A model generated the notes under the pieces. It did no database searches, had not been told where the DNA came from, and worked only from the letters and a program-made list of their open reading frames with translations. The position numbers and the translations under genes are program-made. Below are positions 19,629 through 32,002 of a stretch of 64,000 nt of DNA, in pieces; position 1 is the stretch's first letter, and each line of letters starts with the position of its first letter. Source of the stretch: an uncultured bacterium (lineage in GTDB: Bacteria > Oederibacteriota > Oederibacteriia > Oederibacteriales > Oederibacteriaceae); assembly GCA_965112635.1 (NCBI GenBank), contig OZ218778.1, forward strand, positions 2,368,001 to 2,432,000, given 5' to 3'.

Positions 19629-20747
19629 TTATAGTTTCTTGAAACGGTACAGGAAACTCTTGATTTTTGGATAGGTATCTTCGCTTTTTGAGCTATCAAA
19701 TTCTTTTAAAAGCGCCCGCTGCTTGTCCGTGAGGTTGACCGGCACCTCGACTTGTATTTGTACCAACTGATCGCCACGACCATAACCATGCATCGAGGGA
19801 CTACCCTTGCCTTTGAGCCTTAAAACTTTGCCAGACTGTATCCCTGGAGGAATCTTCATTTTGACATTCCCGCTTAAGGTCGGGACATCAACTTCCCCCC
19901 CCAAAGCGGCCACTGAATAGGTGATGGGTATTTCGCACAAAATATCATCCCCTTGTCTTTCAAAAAATTCATCGGAAGCCACATGAATAAAAACATAAAG
20001 GTCACCCCGTTCTCCTTTGCGCGCGCCGGCTTCACCCTCCCCGCGCACCCTGAGCCTTACTCCATCCTCGACTCCAGCAGGCACTTTGACTGAGATTTTC
20101 CGGATATGCCTGACCCTTCCCTGGCCCTTGCACTCACGGCAGGGATTATCCACGATGGTCCCTTCTCCACGGCATCTGTTGCAGGTCCGCGAAATAGAAA
20201 AAAAACCCTGGGAATACCTTACCTGACCTTTGCCCTGACACTCGGGACAGGTTTTGGGTGAACTTCCTGGAGCGCTTCCAGATCCCCGGCAAACAGAACA
20301 AGCCTCCATGCGCGGAATCTCCACATCCGCGCTTGTGCCAAAAACCGAGTCGCGAAAACTCACTTCCAGGTCATACTTGAGATCCGCGCCCCGCTGGGAC
20401 CTTTGCCGCGAAGACCCCAAGCCCTCTCCGAAAAGATCGCCAAAAATATCCCCGAACATGTCCGAATAATCAGCACCTGTCCCTGGGACCCCCTGGCTGA
20501 ATCCTGGGGAACCTCCGCCTTCAAAGGCCTGGTGCCCGAACTGGTCATAGGCTCCCCTTTTTTGAGGGTCGCTCAAAACGCTGTACGCCTCATTAAGTTC
20601 CTTGAACTTTTCTTCGGACTCCTTACGGTGGTCGGGGTTGGCGTCGGGATGGTGTTTTTTGGCCAGGGTCCTGTAAGCTTTTTTAAGGTCCTCATCGCTG
20701 GCGTTCTTTTGCACGCCCAGTATGTCGTAATAATCTTTTTTGGCCAT
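19629..20747 (-). CDS. dnaJ: Chaperone DnaJ
   Basis: J domain with HPD, G/F-rich region and four CxxCxGxG motifs. Confidence 0.98.
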   Translation of the reverse strand: MAKKDYYDILGVQKNASDEDLKKAYRTLAKKHHPDANPDHRKESEEKFKELNEAYSVLSDPQKRGAYDQFGHQAFEGGGSPGFSQGVPGTGADYSDMFGDIFGDLFGEGLGSSRQRSQRGADLKYDLEVSFRDSVFGTSADVEIPRMEACSVCRGSGSAPGSSPKTCPECQGKGQVRYSQGFFSISRTCNRCRGEGTIVDNPCRECKGQGRVRHIRKISVKVPAGVEDGVRLRVRGEGEAGARKGERGDLYVFIHVASDEFFERQGDDILCEIPITYSVAALGGEVDVPTLSGNVKMKIPPGIQSGKVLRLKGKGSPSMHGYGRGDQLVQIQVEVPVNLTDKQRALLKEFDSSKSEDTYPKIKSFLYRFKKL

Positions 20748-20877
20748 TTTTATCCTGTTCCAGCCGGTCTTTTAAAAAGTTCGCCGCAGGGCCATCAACC
20801 CGATCAGGGAACCGATTCAGCTATCTTTTTTTGCTCATTACAACTGGCCATTCATCCACGGGCCTGGGTCCGTGACC

Positions 20878-22803
20878 TTACTTCTTGCCTTCATCCTCGA
20901 CTTTAAATTCGGCATCCTGGACATTATCGTCATGGGGGGCCGCTTCCGGACCCGGTCCGGCTTGGGACTCTGGCCCTGCCTGGCCTGCTGGTGCTTGCTG
21001 GGTGCTCTTATACATCTCTTCGCCCAACTTCATCGAAACCTTGGAAAGCTTTTCCGCGGCCTTGCGGATGGTTTCCGCGTCATTGCCTCCCAGCGCTTTT
21101 TTGGTATTGGCGATCTCCTCTTTGATGTTGTTCCGCGTCCCCTCGTCCACCTTGCTGCCGTGCTCTTCCAGGGCCTTTTCCATGGAATAGACCAGGGTAT
21201 CGGCCTGGTTTCTGGCTTCCGCGGTTTCTTTTTTCTGTTTGTCCTCGGCCGAATGCGCCTCAGCCTCTTTGACCAGCTTCTCAATTTCATTCTTATCCAG
21301 CCCGGAAGAAGAGGTGATGGCAATGGCCTGTTCCTTGCCCGTGGCTTTATCCTTGGCCGAAACATGCATGATGCCGTTGGCATCGATGTCAAAAGTGACT
21401 TCTATCTGGGGCATCCCGCGGGGCGCCGGAGGTATCCCGACCAGGTCGAACCGACCCAGGGTTTTGTTGTCCGAGGCCATTTCTCTTTCGCCCTGGAGCA
21501 CGTGCACGCTCACCGCGGTCTGGCCGTCGGCCGCCGTGGAAAAGATCTGGCTTTTGCGCGTGGGGATGGTGGTGTTCCGGTCAATGACCCGGGTAAACAC
21601 TCCGCCCAAAGTTTCAATGCCCAAGGAAAGCGGGGTCACATCCAAAAGCAGAACGTCCTTAACCTCGCCCTTTAGGACCCCGGCCTGGATGGCAGCGCCG
21701 ACAGCCACCACTTCATCTGGATTAACTCCCTTGTGGGGTTCCTTGCCGAACACTTTTTTGACCGTTTCCTGGACCTTGGGCATACGGATCTGTCCGCCTA
21801 CGAGGATGACCTCGTCAATATCCTTGGCCTGCAGTCCGGCATCCCGCAGCGCACTTTCACAGGGACCGATAGTTCTCTCGATCAAGTCCGCAGTTAACTG
21901 TTCCAATTTGGCCCTGGTCACTTTAATAGTTAAATGCTTCGGGCCGGTGGCGTCGGCTGTAATGAACGGAAGGTTGACCTCTGTTTCCAGGACAGTGGAC
22001 AGCTCGCACTTGGCCTTTTCAGCGGCTTCTTTGAGCCTCTGCAAAGCCATCTTATCTTTACGCAAATCAATCCCCTGTTCTTTTTTGAACTCATCGGCGA
22101 TATAGTCCATTAAGCGTTGGTCAAAATCATCCCCACCCAGATGGGTGTCGCCGTTGGTGGATTTGACCTCGAAAACACCCTCTCCCAGTTCCAGGACCGA
22201 CACGTCGAACGTCCCGCCGCCCAAGTCATACACGATGATCTTTTCGTTCTTCTTACTATCTAACCCATAGGCCAAAGCTGAAGCCGTGGGCTCATTGACG
22301 ATCCTCAATACTTTGAGTCCAGCGATCTCGCCGGCATCCTTGGTCGCCTGCCGCTGGCTGTCATTGAAATAAGCGGGCACCGTAATCACGGCCTCAGTGA
22401 TTGGCTCTCCCAGATAAGCTTCGGCGTCCACTTTTAGTTTCTGTAATATCATGGCCGATATTTCCGAGGGGGAATAATCTTTATTGTCTATTTTAACTCT
22501 GACATCGCCGTTATTGGCCTGAGTTAAAGCATAGGGGATCACTTTGCGGTCTTTTTCAACAATTGGATCGGCAAACTTTCTTCCCATGAATCTTTTGATG
22601 GAAAAGATCGTATGCTCGGAATTGGTAATGGCCTGTCTTTTGGCCACCTGGCCTACCAGTCTTTCCCCGGATTTATTAAAAGCCACGACAGACGGGGTCA
22701 GGCGGTTGCCTTCGCTGTTGGGGATGACGACCGGCTCCCCTCTTTCGACATAAGCCACAACGGAATTGGTTGTTCCCAAATCGATTCCAACCACTTTGCT
22801 CAT
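20878..22803 (-). CDS. dnaK: Chaperone DnaK
   Basis: Motifs [17 protein letters not shown] and [10 protein letters not shown]; contains the diderm-type insert. Confidence 0.99.
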   Translation of the reverse strand: MSKVVGIDLGTTNSVVAYVERGEPVVIPNSEGNRLTPSVVAFNKSGERLVGQVAKRQAITNSEHTIFSIKRFMGRKFADPIVEKDRKVIPYALTQANNGDVRVKIDNKDYSPSEISAMILQKLKVDAEAYLGEPITEAVITVPAYFNDSQRQATKDAGEIAGLKVLRIVNEPTASALAYGLDSKKNEKIIVYDLGGGTFDVSVLELGEGVFEVKSTNGDTHLGGDDFDQRLMDYIADEFKKEQGIDLRKDKMALQRLKEAAEKAKCELSTVLETEVNLPFITADATGPKHLTIKVTRAKLEQLTADLIERTIGPCESALRDAGLQAKDIDEVILVGGQIRMPKVQETVKKVFGKEPHKGVNPDEVVAVGAAIQAGVLKGEVKDVLLLDVTPLSLGIETLGGVFTRVIDRNTTIPTRKSQIFSTAADGQTAVSVHVLQGEREMASDNKTLGRFDLVGIPPAPRGMPQIEVTFDIDANGIMHVSAKDKATGKEQAIAITSSSGLDKNEIEKLVKEAEAHSAEDKQKKETAEARNQADTLVYSMEKALEEHGSKVDEGTRNNIKEEIANTKKALGGNDAETIRKAAEKLSKVSMKLGEEMYKSTQQAPAGQAGPESQAGPGPEAAPHDDNVQDAEFKVEDEGKK

Positions 22804-22827
22804 TTTATTTACCTCCTGTTTTTCATT

Positions 22828-23442
22828 TTAAGTGTCTAACTTTTGATTTTGGATATTGTCTTTTTTACAAGGCTTGGAAACACGTACTTTTGCCGGCCTT
22901 AACACTTTACCTTCTATTAAATATCCTTTTTGCATTTCTTCGGCCACCATTTCCGGTTCCAGGTCATCCGTATCCTTGTGGCCGATCGCCTCATGGAAAT
23001 GAGGATCAAAAGGTTTGCCTGCGGTGTCCTGGGACTTGACCCCGAACTTTTCCAGCGCTTTTTGAAACTGTTTCAAGGTAATCTCCAGTCCCTTATGCAG
23101 GTGGTCCCCGTAACCCGCGCTGTCCTTGGGTACAGCCAAAGCTTTTTCCAAACTATCCGCCACTGGAAGCATTTCCTCCAGGACCGCGACAACGGCTGAC
23201 CAGAAAAATTCAGACTTTTCTTTGGCCATTCTCTTTTTGTAATTGTCCAGGTCAGCCAGAGCCCTTAAAAACTGGTTATAATTTTCTTTGGCTTCTTTTT
23301 CCTGCACCTCTAGCATGGTTTTTAAGGTGTCCAGGGTCTGCTTGCCTGTTTCTGCTTCCTTATTAGCGGGTTCGGCCCCGGGGACCTCAGATTCGTTTTT
23401 TTCTTTGGCATTATCTTTTCCCATAGCTGCGCCCTTCTCCAA
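22828..23442 (-). CDS. grpE: Nucleotide exchange factor GrpE
   Basis: Motifs RALADLDNYKKR, FDPHFHEA and QKGY..LRPAKV. Confidence 0.97.
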   Translation of the reverse strand: MEKGAAMGKDNAKEKNESEVPGAEPANKEAETGKQTLDTLKTMLEVQEKEAKENYNQFLRALADLDNYKKRMAKEKSEFFWSAVVAVLEEMLPVADSLEKALAVPKDSAGYGDHLHKGLEITLKQFQKALEKFGVKSQDTAGKPFDPHFHEAIGHKDTDDLEPEMVAEEMQKGYLIEGKVLRPAKVRVSKPCKKDNIQNQKLDT

Positions 23443-23445
23443 TGT

Positions 23446-24483
23446 TTAAAATCTTTCGTTCAAATAGTCACTTATGCTTCTTGCGGTATACTCCAGCAGG
23501 GGAACGACTCTTTCATACTCCATCCGCATGGGGCCGATAATTCCCAGGGCACCTATAGGATGCCCTCCTATCTCGTAGGGTGTCAGCACCATGCTGAGAT
23601 GCCGCATTTCCCTGAAAGGGCTCTCAGACCCGATAAATATCTCCACTCCGGGATTTAAATTGTGTTCATGGAAAAAAGTTCCCAAGGAAAAAGGATGGCT
23701 CAAAAAATTCAGGATGCTCCGCTCCTCTTCTTCCTCTAGGTCCAGATCGTCCAGGATAGAGGGTATGCCCTCCACAATGACTTCTTCGGTGGCCTCTTCC
23801 GTGAAACATTCCTTGCATAAGGCTATGGTCTGCTTCAAAAGGTCCCGGTATGTTTCCTTGTCTCTTTCCAGCTTGTTCAGCAAAGACAATCTGACCTCGT
23901 CTAAAGTCAGGCCTTTAAAACTTTCTTGGATAAACGAGCTGATCTTTTTGAGATCTTCTTCGGCAATCGCCTCTTTTAAATTGATCATCTTGTGCTTGAC
24001 CATCCCCGAGCGGCTGACCAGAAGCGCCAGTACCTTTTTAGGGCTGACGGAAATAAAATCAATATGGCTGAGCACGCTCTGGGAAAGCCGCGGCGCCACG
24101 GCAATGCCCGTGTAATGCGAAAGCAGGGTAAGCGTCTGTAAGGCCTCATGCAAAAAATCATCCATTTGGCCGGAGGGATAGCTGTTTAATTCTCTGATCT
24201 TTTCCTCATCAGGCTTTTCCAGGGGCTTGGAAGTTAAAAGTTCATTGATATAAAACCGGTAACCCTGTTCTGTGGGAACACGGCCGGCGGAAGCATGGGG
24301 ATGATGGAGATACCCCAGCTCTTCCAATTCAGCTAACTCGTGACGTAGCGTGGCTGAACTCAACCCCAACTTGGTTTTTTTGGCCAAATCTAAGGAAGCT
24401 ACGGGCTTTCCTGAAAAATGGTGTGTTTCGAGTAGGTTTTTTAATATTTTTTGCTTCCGTGCGCTCAACATTTTGAACTCCAC
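23446..24483 (-). CDS. hrcA: Heat-inducible repressor HrcA
   Basis: Motifs SSATLRHELAELEELGYL..PHASAGRVPT and GIIGPMRMEY. Confidence 0.95.
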   Translation of the reverse strand: MEFKMLSARKQKILKNLLETHHFSGKPVASLDLAKKTKLGLSSATLRHELAELEELGYLHHPHASAGRVPTEQGYRFYINELLTSKPLEKPDEEKIRELNSYPSGQMDDFLHEALQTLTLLSHYTGIAVAPRLSQSVLSHIDFISVSPKKVLALLVSRSGMVKHKMINLKEAIAEEDLKKISSFIQESFKGLTLDEVRLSLLNKLERDKETYRDLLKQTIALCKECFTEEATEEVIVEGIPSILDDLDLEEEEERSILNFLSHPFSLGTFFHEHNLNPGVEIFIGSESPFREMRHLSMVLTPYEIGGHPIGALGIIGPMRMEYERVVPLLEYTARSISDYLNERF

Positions 24484-24573
24484 TAATAATATTTTCGTTA
24501 TAACATTTACTAAGCATTTTCTTTTCGGATCAATTTTCTGAATTTATGAAATATTGTATAAAATCAACTTGGC

Positions 24574-24604
24574 CAGCGGGCCTGCGTATCAGGCAGGCCC
24601 GCTG
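24574..24604. terminator. GC-rich hairpin after groEL (terminator or mRNA stabiliser)
   Basis: Perfect 12-bp inverted repeat CAGCGGGCCTGC / GCAGGCCCGCTG; no immediately adjacent U tract on the minus strand. Confidence 0.55.
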
Positions 24605-24620
24605 CCTGTTTCACCCGTCT

Positions 24621-26273
<1,653 letters not shown>

Positions 26274-26286
26274 TTAACGCTTGAAT

Positions 26287-26580
26287 TTAAACAATGATCC
26301 CCAGAACATCTTCCTCGCTGAGAATGAGGTAGATATCCCCGTCGATTTTGACTTCCTTGGGACTATAATCATTGAAAAGGATCTTATCTCCGACCTTGAC
26401 GCTCATAGCAGCTCTCTGACCGTTCTCTAAAAGCTTCCCGGATCCTATTGCGACTACCGTACCGCGAGCCGATTTCTCTTTGGCCGTATCAGGGATGATG
26501 ATGCCACCCTTTTTAACTTCCTCTTCCTCAATGGGTTTTGCTACCAGCTTATCGCCTAATGGTTTAATATTCATTGCCAT
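26287..26580 (-). CDS. groS: Co-chaperonin GroES
   Basis: Motifs IKPLGD, GGIIIPDTAKEK and VKVGD. Confidence 0.98.
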   Translation of the reverse strand: MAMNIKPLGDKLVAKPIEEEEVKKGGIIIPDTAKEKSARGTVVAIGSGKLLENGQRAAMSVKVGDKILFNDYSPKEVKIDGDIYLILSEEDVLGIIV

Positions 26581-26718
26581 TCCTTTGTACTCCTTTCTAT
26601 ATTTTGAAACTTAGGGGCCTATCATGGCACCCTACTGGTTTTTGGGGGTTTCTTCCCAAGTAATTGCTATGCTGTTATCCTTGCACCTCCTCTCACATTT
26701 TTATTATATCTCACCAGT

Positions 26719-26757
26719 TATCTGCTAGCAGATGGATGCTACGCCTGCTAGCAGATA
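26719..26757. promoter_or_regulatory. Variant CIRCE (HrcA operator) upstream of groES
   Basis: cTAGCA-N15-TGCTAg at 26725-26751 has CIRCE spacing and lies inside a perfect 13-bp inverted repeat, immediately downstream of the -10. Confidence 0.7.
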
Positions 26758-26758
26758 C

Positions 26759-26787
26759 AATGTAAGGTAATCCTAGCTCCTTGTCAA
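26759..26787 (-). promoter_or_regulatory. Sigma70-type groES promoter
   Basis: TTGACA, 17-nt spacer, TACATT. Confidence 0.75.
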
Positions 26788-26885
26788 CAGAATTTTTTTA
26801 AGCATGCAGGTTTTCATATAATTGGGGCATTGGCGCAATTTATATTGTGTCCCCAATATTGGTGGGATAAGGAAACGCTTAAGTG

Positions 26886-28031
26886 CTAAAAGAATTCTTC
26901 AGCTATACGGTCAGCTAAAGGCATTCCTTTTTTAGTCAACATAAAGGACTCCCCTTGATTTTCAAGGAATCCTTCAGAAACCAAGTATTTTATCTCTTTT
27001 TCATGCCTTTTTTTAAACTCCAAACCAAATATTTCTTTAAATTCCGTGGTTTCTACTCCTTTTTTAAGCATTCGCAAATGAAGAAAAACATATTCGGACA
27101 TTTGCTGTTGAGGACTCAAGGTTTCGCTTCCCATTAAAGGAGAACTGCCATTAAACAATTTCTGTAAATAATCAGGCAATTTATCGCCATTCCACGATCT
27201 TACCCCATCCCAAAAAGAATGAGCGCCTAACCCCAGCCCAAGATACTTTCCCTGGTTCCAATAGATCATATTATGCCGGCTTTCCCGTCCCGGAAGGGCG
27301 TAATTGGAGATCTCATAGTGGACAAATCCCTTACTTGTCAAAAAATCATGGGCCTTTAGGTTCATGGCCACCTGCATTTCTTCCGGAGGCATTACCACCA
27401 TTTTTCGATCGACCATTTTCTCCAAACCAGTGCCTGGTTCCACTGTAAGACAATAAAGGGATAAATGTTCCGGTTTGAATGTGAGGATCTGTTCCAAACT
27501 TTCTTCCCATTGCTCGACTGATTGGTCTGGTAAACCATACAACAGGTCAATGTTAACATTCTTAAAACCCGCCTCCCTACTCCATTCCAGACATTGTTGA
27601 TTATCTAATTGTTTATGAACTCTACCTAAGGCTTTCAATAAACTGTCATCAAAAGCTTGTGCACCTATACTAATGCGGTTAACGCCAATATCACAATATT
27701 TCCTCAAGTTGTTTTTGGTTACTGTTCTGGGATTTATTTCTAAGGTTACTTCTGGTTCGTTTTCCCAACTAAATGCCCTCTTGCAATGTTCAAGAATATG
27801 TAAAATCGCTTCTGGTGCAAAAAGAGACGGCGTGCCTCCTCCAAAATAAATAGTTGTGAACTTATGTCCTTGTGCCAAGTAGCTTTTTTGTTCCACCTCA
27901 TGTTCTAACGCTTTGAGGTAATCAGGAATTGGGGGATTTCTTCCTTGCACCACGTTAAAATTACAATATGGGCAACGAGAAAGACAAAAGGGTAGGTGAA
28001 AATAAAGTCCTTTTGGTTTATTGGGGTTCAT
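26886..28031 (-). CDS. hemW: Radical SAM heme chaperone HemW (HemN-like)
   Basis: Motifs YFHLPFCLSRCPYCNF, YFGGGTPS, YEISNYA and HNMIYW; lepA-hrcA context. Confidence 0.9.
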   Translation of the reverse strand: MNPNKPKGLYFHLPFCLSRCPYCNFNVVQGRNPPIPDYLKALEHEVEQKSYLAQGHKFTTIYFGGGTPSLFAPEAILHILEHCKRAFSWENEPEVTLEINPRTVTKNNLRKYCDIGVNRISIGAQAFDDSLLKALGRVHKQLDNQQCLEWSREAGFKNVNIDLLYGLPDQSVEQWEESLEQILTFKPEHLSLYCLTVEPGTGLEKMVDRKMVVMPPEEMQVAMNLKAHDFLTSKGFVHYEISNYALPGRESRHNMIYWNQGKYLGLGLGAHSFWDGVRSWNGDKLPDYLQKLFNGSSPLMGSETLSPQQQMSEYVFLHLRMLKKGVETTEFKEIFGLEFKKRHEKEIKYLVSEGFLENQGESFMLTKKGMPLADRIAEEFF

Positions 28032-28032
28032 T

Positions 28033-28692
28033 TCAATGCGCTAACCGCACCCTGTCCAGCGGCCAGTATATTAAAAGGGGCGTACCTTTTAAGTTGTCAT
28101 AGGGGACAAACCCCCAAAACCTGCTGTCATAACTGTCGTCGCGGTTGTCGCCCATAACAAAAAAACAGTCAGCAGGAATTGTTATGGATTTGAAATTATC
28201 ACGGTTGTAATCTTTGAATTGCGACTTATGGACCGCATAGGGCTCAACCAAAGGCTGGCCGTTACGGAAAACTTGCTGGCCTTTCATGGAAATGATATCA
28301 CCTGGTACTCCAATACAGCGTTTGATGAAATCACGGTTGGGATCCTGGGGATATTTGAAAACAACGACCTCGCCGCTCCTGGGTGAACGAATCCTGATCA
28401 GGGTCTTGTTATTGAAAGGGTTGCGTATGCCAAAAACAAAGCGGTTGACCAGAAGATGGTCCCCGATAAGGTAGGTATCCTCCATGGAGCCCGAGGGTAT
28501 TTTAAATGCCTGTATCACGAACGCCCTCATAATCAAAGCCAAGACAATGGCGGTTAAAAGAACCTCCACCCATTCCTGCACAGTCTTAAGAAATGCTGGC
28601 TGATAAAATCTCCAAGTTATTCTGATGGCTACCGCGGCAATGAAAAGAATGATCGCTCCAATAAAGATTTGCTTATCAGTTATTTCAAACAT
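28033..28692 (-). CDS. lepB: Signal peptidase I
   Basis: IPSGSM (catalytic Ser), FIKRCIG (catalytic Lys) and GDNRDDSYDSRFWG. Confidence 0.96.
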   Translation of the reverse strand: MFEITDKQIFIGAIILFIAAVAIRITWRFYQPAFLKTVQEWVEVLLTAIVLALIMRAFVIQAFKIPSGSMEDTYLIGDHLLVNRFVFGIRNPFNNKTLIRIRSPRSGEVVVFKYPQDPNRDFIKRCIGVPGDIISMKGQQVFRNGQPLVEPYAVHKSQFKDYNRDNFKSITIPADCFFVMGDNRDDSYDSRFWGFVPYDNLKGTPLLIYWPLDRVRLAH

Positions 28693-28761
28693 TTCTCCCC
28701 TTTCTAGAATTCAATGCCCTGTTTTAACGCACATAGGTCAAAACCGTATTATCCTAAACCT

Positions 28762-30561
28762 TTAGCGCACTTTCAAGACCGCCAAAAAAGCTTCTTGCGG
28801 GATATCCACCCGCCCCACGTGTTTCATGCGCTTTTTGCCTTCTTTTTGCTTTTCCAGCAATTTGCGTTTACGGGTGATATCGCCGCCATAACACTTGGCT
28901 ATCACATTTTTGCGCATGGCCGGGATATTTTCCCTGGCGATCACATGAGCTCCGATGGCAGCCTGGATAGGCACCTGGAACATCTGCCGCGGAATAAGCT
29001 CCTTGAGTTTTTCAGCCAAAGTTTTGCCTATTTCATAGGCTTTGTCTTTGTGGACGATCACTGCCAGCGCGTCCACAGGTTCTTCGTTGACCAGGATGTC
29101 CAGCTTGACCAGCTCGCCCGGCTTATAACCCGCATATTCATAATCCAGAGACGCATAGCCCTTGGTGCAAGATTTAAGCTTGTCAAAGAAATCCAGCACA
29201 ACCTCAACCAGGGGCAGCTCATAGGTGATAAGGACGCGGTCCTTGCTGATGTATTCGGTATTGAGATGGTTTCCTCTGCGGTTCTGGCAAAGGTTCATGA
29301 CCGGCCCCACGAACTCAGCGGGCGAAAAAATGTAGGCGGTGATATAAGGCTCATCCATAGAGGCGAATTCATGCGGCAAGGGCATTTTATTGGGACTGTC
29401 CACCTCCACGATCATGCCGTCGTTCAGCATCACCTGAAATTTGACCCCAGGCGCTGTCGCGATCAGGCTCAGGTTATATTCCCTTTCCAGCCTTTCCTGG
29501 ACAATGTCCATATGCAACAGCCCTAAGAAACCGCATCTGAAACCAAACCCCAAAGCAACCGAATTTTCAGGTTCAAAAAACAGCGAGGAGTCGTTGAGTT
29601 TCAGCTTTTCCAGAGCCTCCCGGAGGATCTCGTATTGTTCCGCCTCAATGGGATAAAACCCGCAAAACACCATGGGCTTGACTTCTTTATAACCGCGCAA
29701 GGCCTTGCTAGTGGGTCTAGCCGCATCCGTGACTGTATCCCCGACCTTTACGTCAGCAACATTTTTGATATTAGCCACGATATATCCCACCATGCCTACA
29801 GTTAATTCAGCCACCGCTTCTCTCTGGGGCAGCATCACGCCGACCTCCTGAACTTCGTAGGACTTAGCGTTGGACATGAACAAGATCTGCTGGCCCTTTT
29901 TTAGGGAACCCTGCCTCAGCCTCACGAACACGACCACACCTAGGTAGGAATCGTAATCTGAATCGAAGATAAGCGCCTGTAACGGAGCTGCCGGGTCTCC
30001 TTGGGGTGGCGGCACCCTGGCAATGACCGCCTCCAGAATCTCCTCAGTGCCCCTGCCCTCTTTGGCGCTCCCCAGCACCATCTCGGAGCGTTCAAACCCG
30101 AGGATGTTCTCCAGTTGAACGCTGGTCCCTTCGATATCAGCGTTGTTAAGGTCGATCTTATTGATAAACGGTACCAGCTTTAATTCCTGAGCTTCGGCCA
30201 GACGGGTATTGGCCAAGGTTTGCGCTTCCACACCCTGGGAAGCGTCCACCACCAGGATGCCGCCTTCGCAGGCGGCCAGGCTCCTGGACACTTCATAGGT
30301 GAAATCCACGTGCCCCGGCGTGTCAATGAGGTTCAAAAGGTATTCCCGGCCATCCTTGGCCTTGTATTTCATCCTCACCGCCTTGGCCTTGATGGTGATA
30401 CCCCGCTCCCGCTCCAGGTCCATTTTGTCCAATATCTGCTCCTTCATGTTGCGGAGAGCAATGGAGCCGGTCAATTCCAGCAGCCTGTCGGCCAGAGTGG
30501 ATTTTCCGTGGTCAATATGGGCGATAATGCAAAAATTCCGGATGGATTCCTGGGTAATCAT
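28762..30561 (-). CDS. lepA: Elongation factor 4
   Basis: Motifs [22 protein letters not shown] and [14 protein letters not shown]. Confidence 0.99.
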   Translation of the reverse strand: MITQESIRNFCIIAHIDHGKSTLADRLLELTGSIALRNMKEQILDKMDLERERGITIKAKAVRMKYKAKDGREYLLNLIDTPGHVDFTYEVSRSLAACEGGILVVDASQGVEAQTLANTRLAEAQELKLVPFINKIDLNNADIEGTSVQLENILGFERSEMVLGSAKEGRGTEEILEAVIARVPPPQGDPAAPLQALIFDSDYDSYLGVVVFVRLRQGSLKKGQQILFMSNAKSYEVQEVGVMLPQREAVAELTVGMVGYIVANIKNVADVKVGDTVTDAARPTSKALRGYKEVKPMVFCGFYPIEAEQYEILREALEKLKLNDSSLFFEPENSVALGFGFRCGFLGLLHMDIVQERLEREYNLSLIATAPGVKFQVMLNDGMIVEVDSPNKMPLPHEFASMDEPYITAYIFSPAEFVGPVMNLCQNRRGNHLNTEYISKDRVLITYELPLVEVVLDFFDKLKSCTKGYASLDYEYAGYKPGELVKLDILVNEEPVDALAVIVHKDKAYEIGKTLAEKLKELIPRQMFQVPIQAAIGAHVIARENIPAMRKNVIAKCYGGDITRKRKLLEKQKEGKKRMKHVGRVDIPQEAFLAVLKVR

Positions 30562-30566
30562 GGGGA

Positions 30567-31826
30567 TTAGCGGTCCTTGACTCGTTCTATTTTGGCGCCC
30601 AGTTTCCTCAATTTTTCCTCTATCTTTTCGTAACCGCGGTCCAGATGGTAGACGCGGTTGATTTCAGTTGTACCCTTGGCCACCAAACCGGCCAACACAA
30701 GAGCCGCGCTGGCGCGCAGGTCCGAGGCCATCACCTTGGCGCCAGATAGCTGCGCCGGGCCACGAATCACGGCGTTCTGGACCCGTATCTTGATCTGGGC
30801 GCCCATGCGGATGAGCTCGCTGGCGTGCATGAATCGGTTCTCAAAGACCGTCTCCGTGATCGTGCTTGTTCCTTTGGCTACGGTCATCAGAGCCATCCAC
30901 TGGGCCTGCAGGTCGGTTGGAAACCCGGGATACGGCGCTGTTTGGATGTTCTCGGCTTGGATGACTTTGGGGCCCTGGATTTCGATGCAGTTATTGAAAT
31001 AAGAAAGCTTGGCCCCTGCTTCCTTTAGTTTGGGTTCCACAGCGCCCAAACACTCCGGTGATACCGCCTCAAGGGTGATCTTACTACGGGTGATCATGGC
31101 CGCGATCAGAAATGTACCCGCCTCGATTCGGTCAGGGATCACGGAATGGTTAGCGGCTTTTTTCAGCTCCTTCACCCCTTCGATCTTTACGACCGATCCG
31201 CCTTCTCCAGTGATCCTAGCACCCATCTTTTTGAGAAAATAGGCCAGGTCAACTACCTCTGGTTCCCGGGCCGCGTTCTCAATGATGGTAGTGCCCTCAG
31301 CTAATGCAGCCGCCATCATTATGTTTTCTGTGGCTCCTACACTGGGATAATCCAACCCCAGGACAGCTCCTTTGAGCCGCTTTGCAGTGGCTTCGACATA
31401 ACCTTTACAGATCTTGATCTTCGCGCCCATGTCTTCCAAAGCTTTTAGGTGGATATCGATGGGCCTGGCGCCTATGGCACATCCGCCTGGCAGGGACACT
31501 CTGGCTTTCCCAAATTTGGAAAGAAGCGGGCCCAGCACAAGGAAAGAGGCCCTCATAGTCCGGACTAGATCATAGGGCGCCTCCCATTTGGATAAATCGG
31601 ATGGGTCAATGAGCAGGGTCTTAGCCTGCCTGTCCACCTTGGCTCCCAGCATGTCCAACAACTTGGCCATGGTATTAATGTCATTGAGAACAGGGACATT
31701 GCGTATCGTGCTTGCGCCCGTGCCCAGCAAAGCCGCCACCATAATTGGAAGTGCGGCATTTTTGGAACCGTTGATCTCCACGATGCCCTTGAGACTATGC
31801 CCGCCTTGAATGATCATTTTGTCCAT
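30567..31826 (-). CDS. murA: UDP-N-acetylglucosamine 1-carboxyvinyltransferase
   Basis: Motifs [27 protein letters not shown] and DLRASA. Confidence 0.98.
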   Translation of the reverse strand: MDKMIIQGGHSLKGIVEINGSKNAALPIMVAALLGTGASTIRNVPVLNDINTMAKLLDMLGAKVDRQAKTLLIDPSDLSKWEAPYDLVRTMRASFLVLGPLLSKFGKARVSLPGGCAIGARPIDIHLKALEDMGAKIKICKGYVEATAKRLKGAVLGLDYPSVGATENIMMAAALAEGTTIIENAAREPEVVDLAYFLKKMGARITGEGGSVVKIEGVKELKKAANHSVIPDRIEAGTFLIAAMITRSKITLEAVSPECLGAVEPKLKEAGAKLSYFNNCIEIQGPKVIQAENIQTAPYPGFPTDLQAQWMALMTVAKGTSTITETVFENRFMHASELIRMGAQIKIRVQNAVIRGPAQLSGAKVMASDLRASAALVLAGLVAKGTTEINRVYHLDRGYEKIEEKLRKLGAKIERVKDR

Positions 31827-32002
31827 AAAAACATCCTTTCCCCGTTAAAACCCTGACAAGTTCAAAATTTTAACAATTTACCAAAACATTTAAAAGACAT
31901 ATCTTCCGCTGCTTTTCCCTGGAGCCCTGTTTTCAAAGTAACGGACATGGTAAGCTTATCCCTTAATGATATTGTAATGATCCCGGAAGGAGGAAAATTT
32001 TA

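Noticed and set aside
26819-26859. ATTGGGGCA...TGTCCCCAAT inverted repeat after hemW, and a hairpin at about 51420-51450
   Set aside because: Both are single copies, adequately explained as terminators or mRNA stabilisers.
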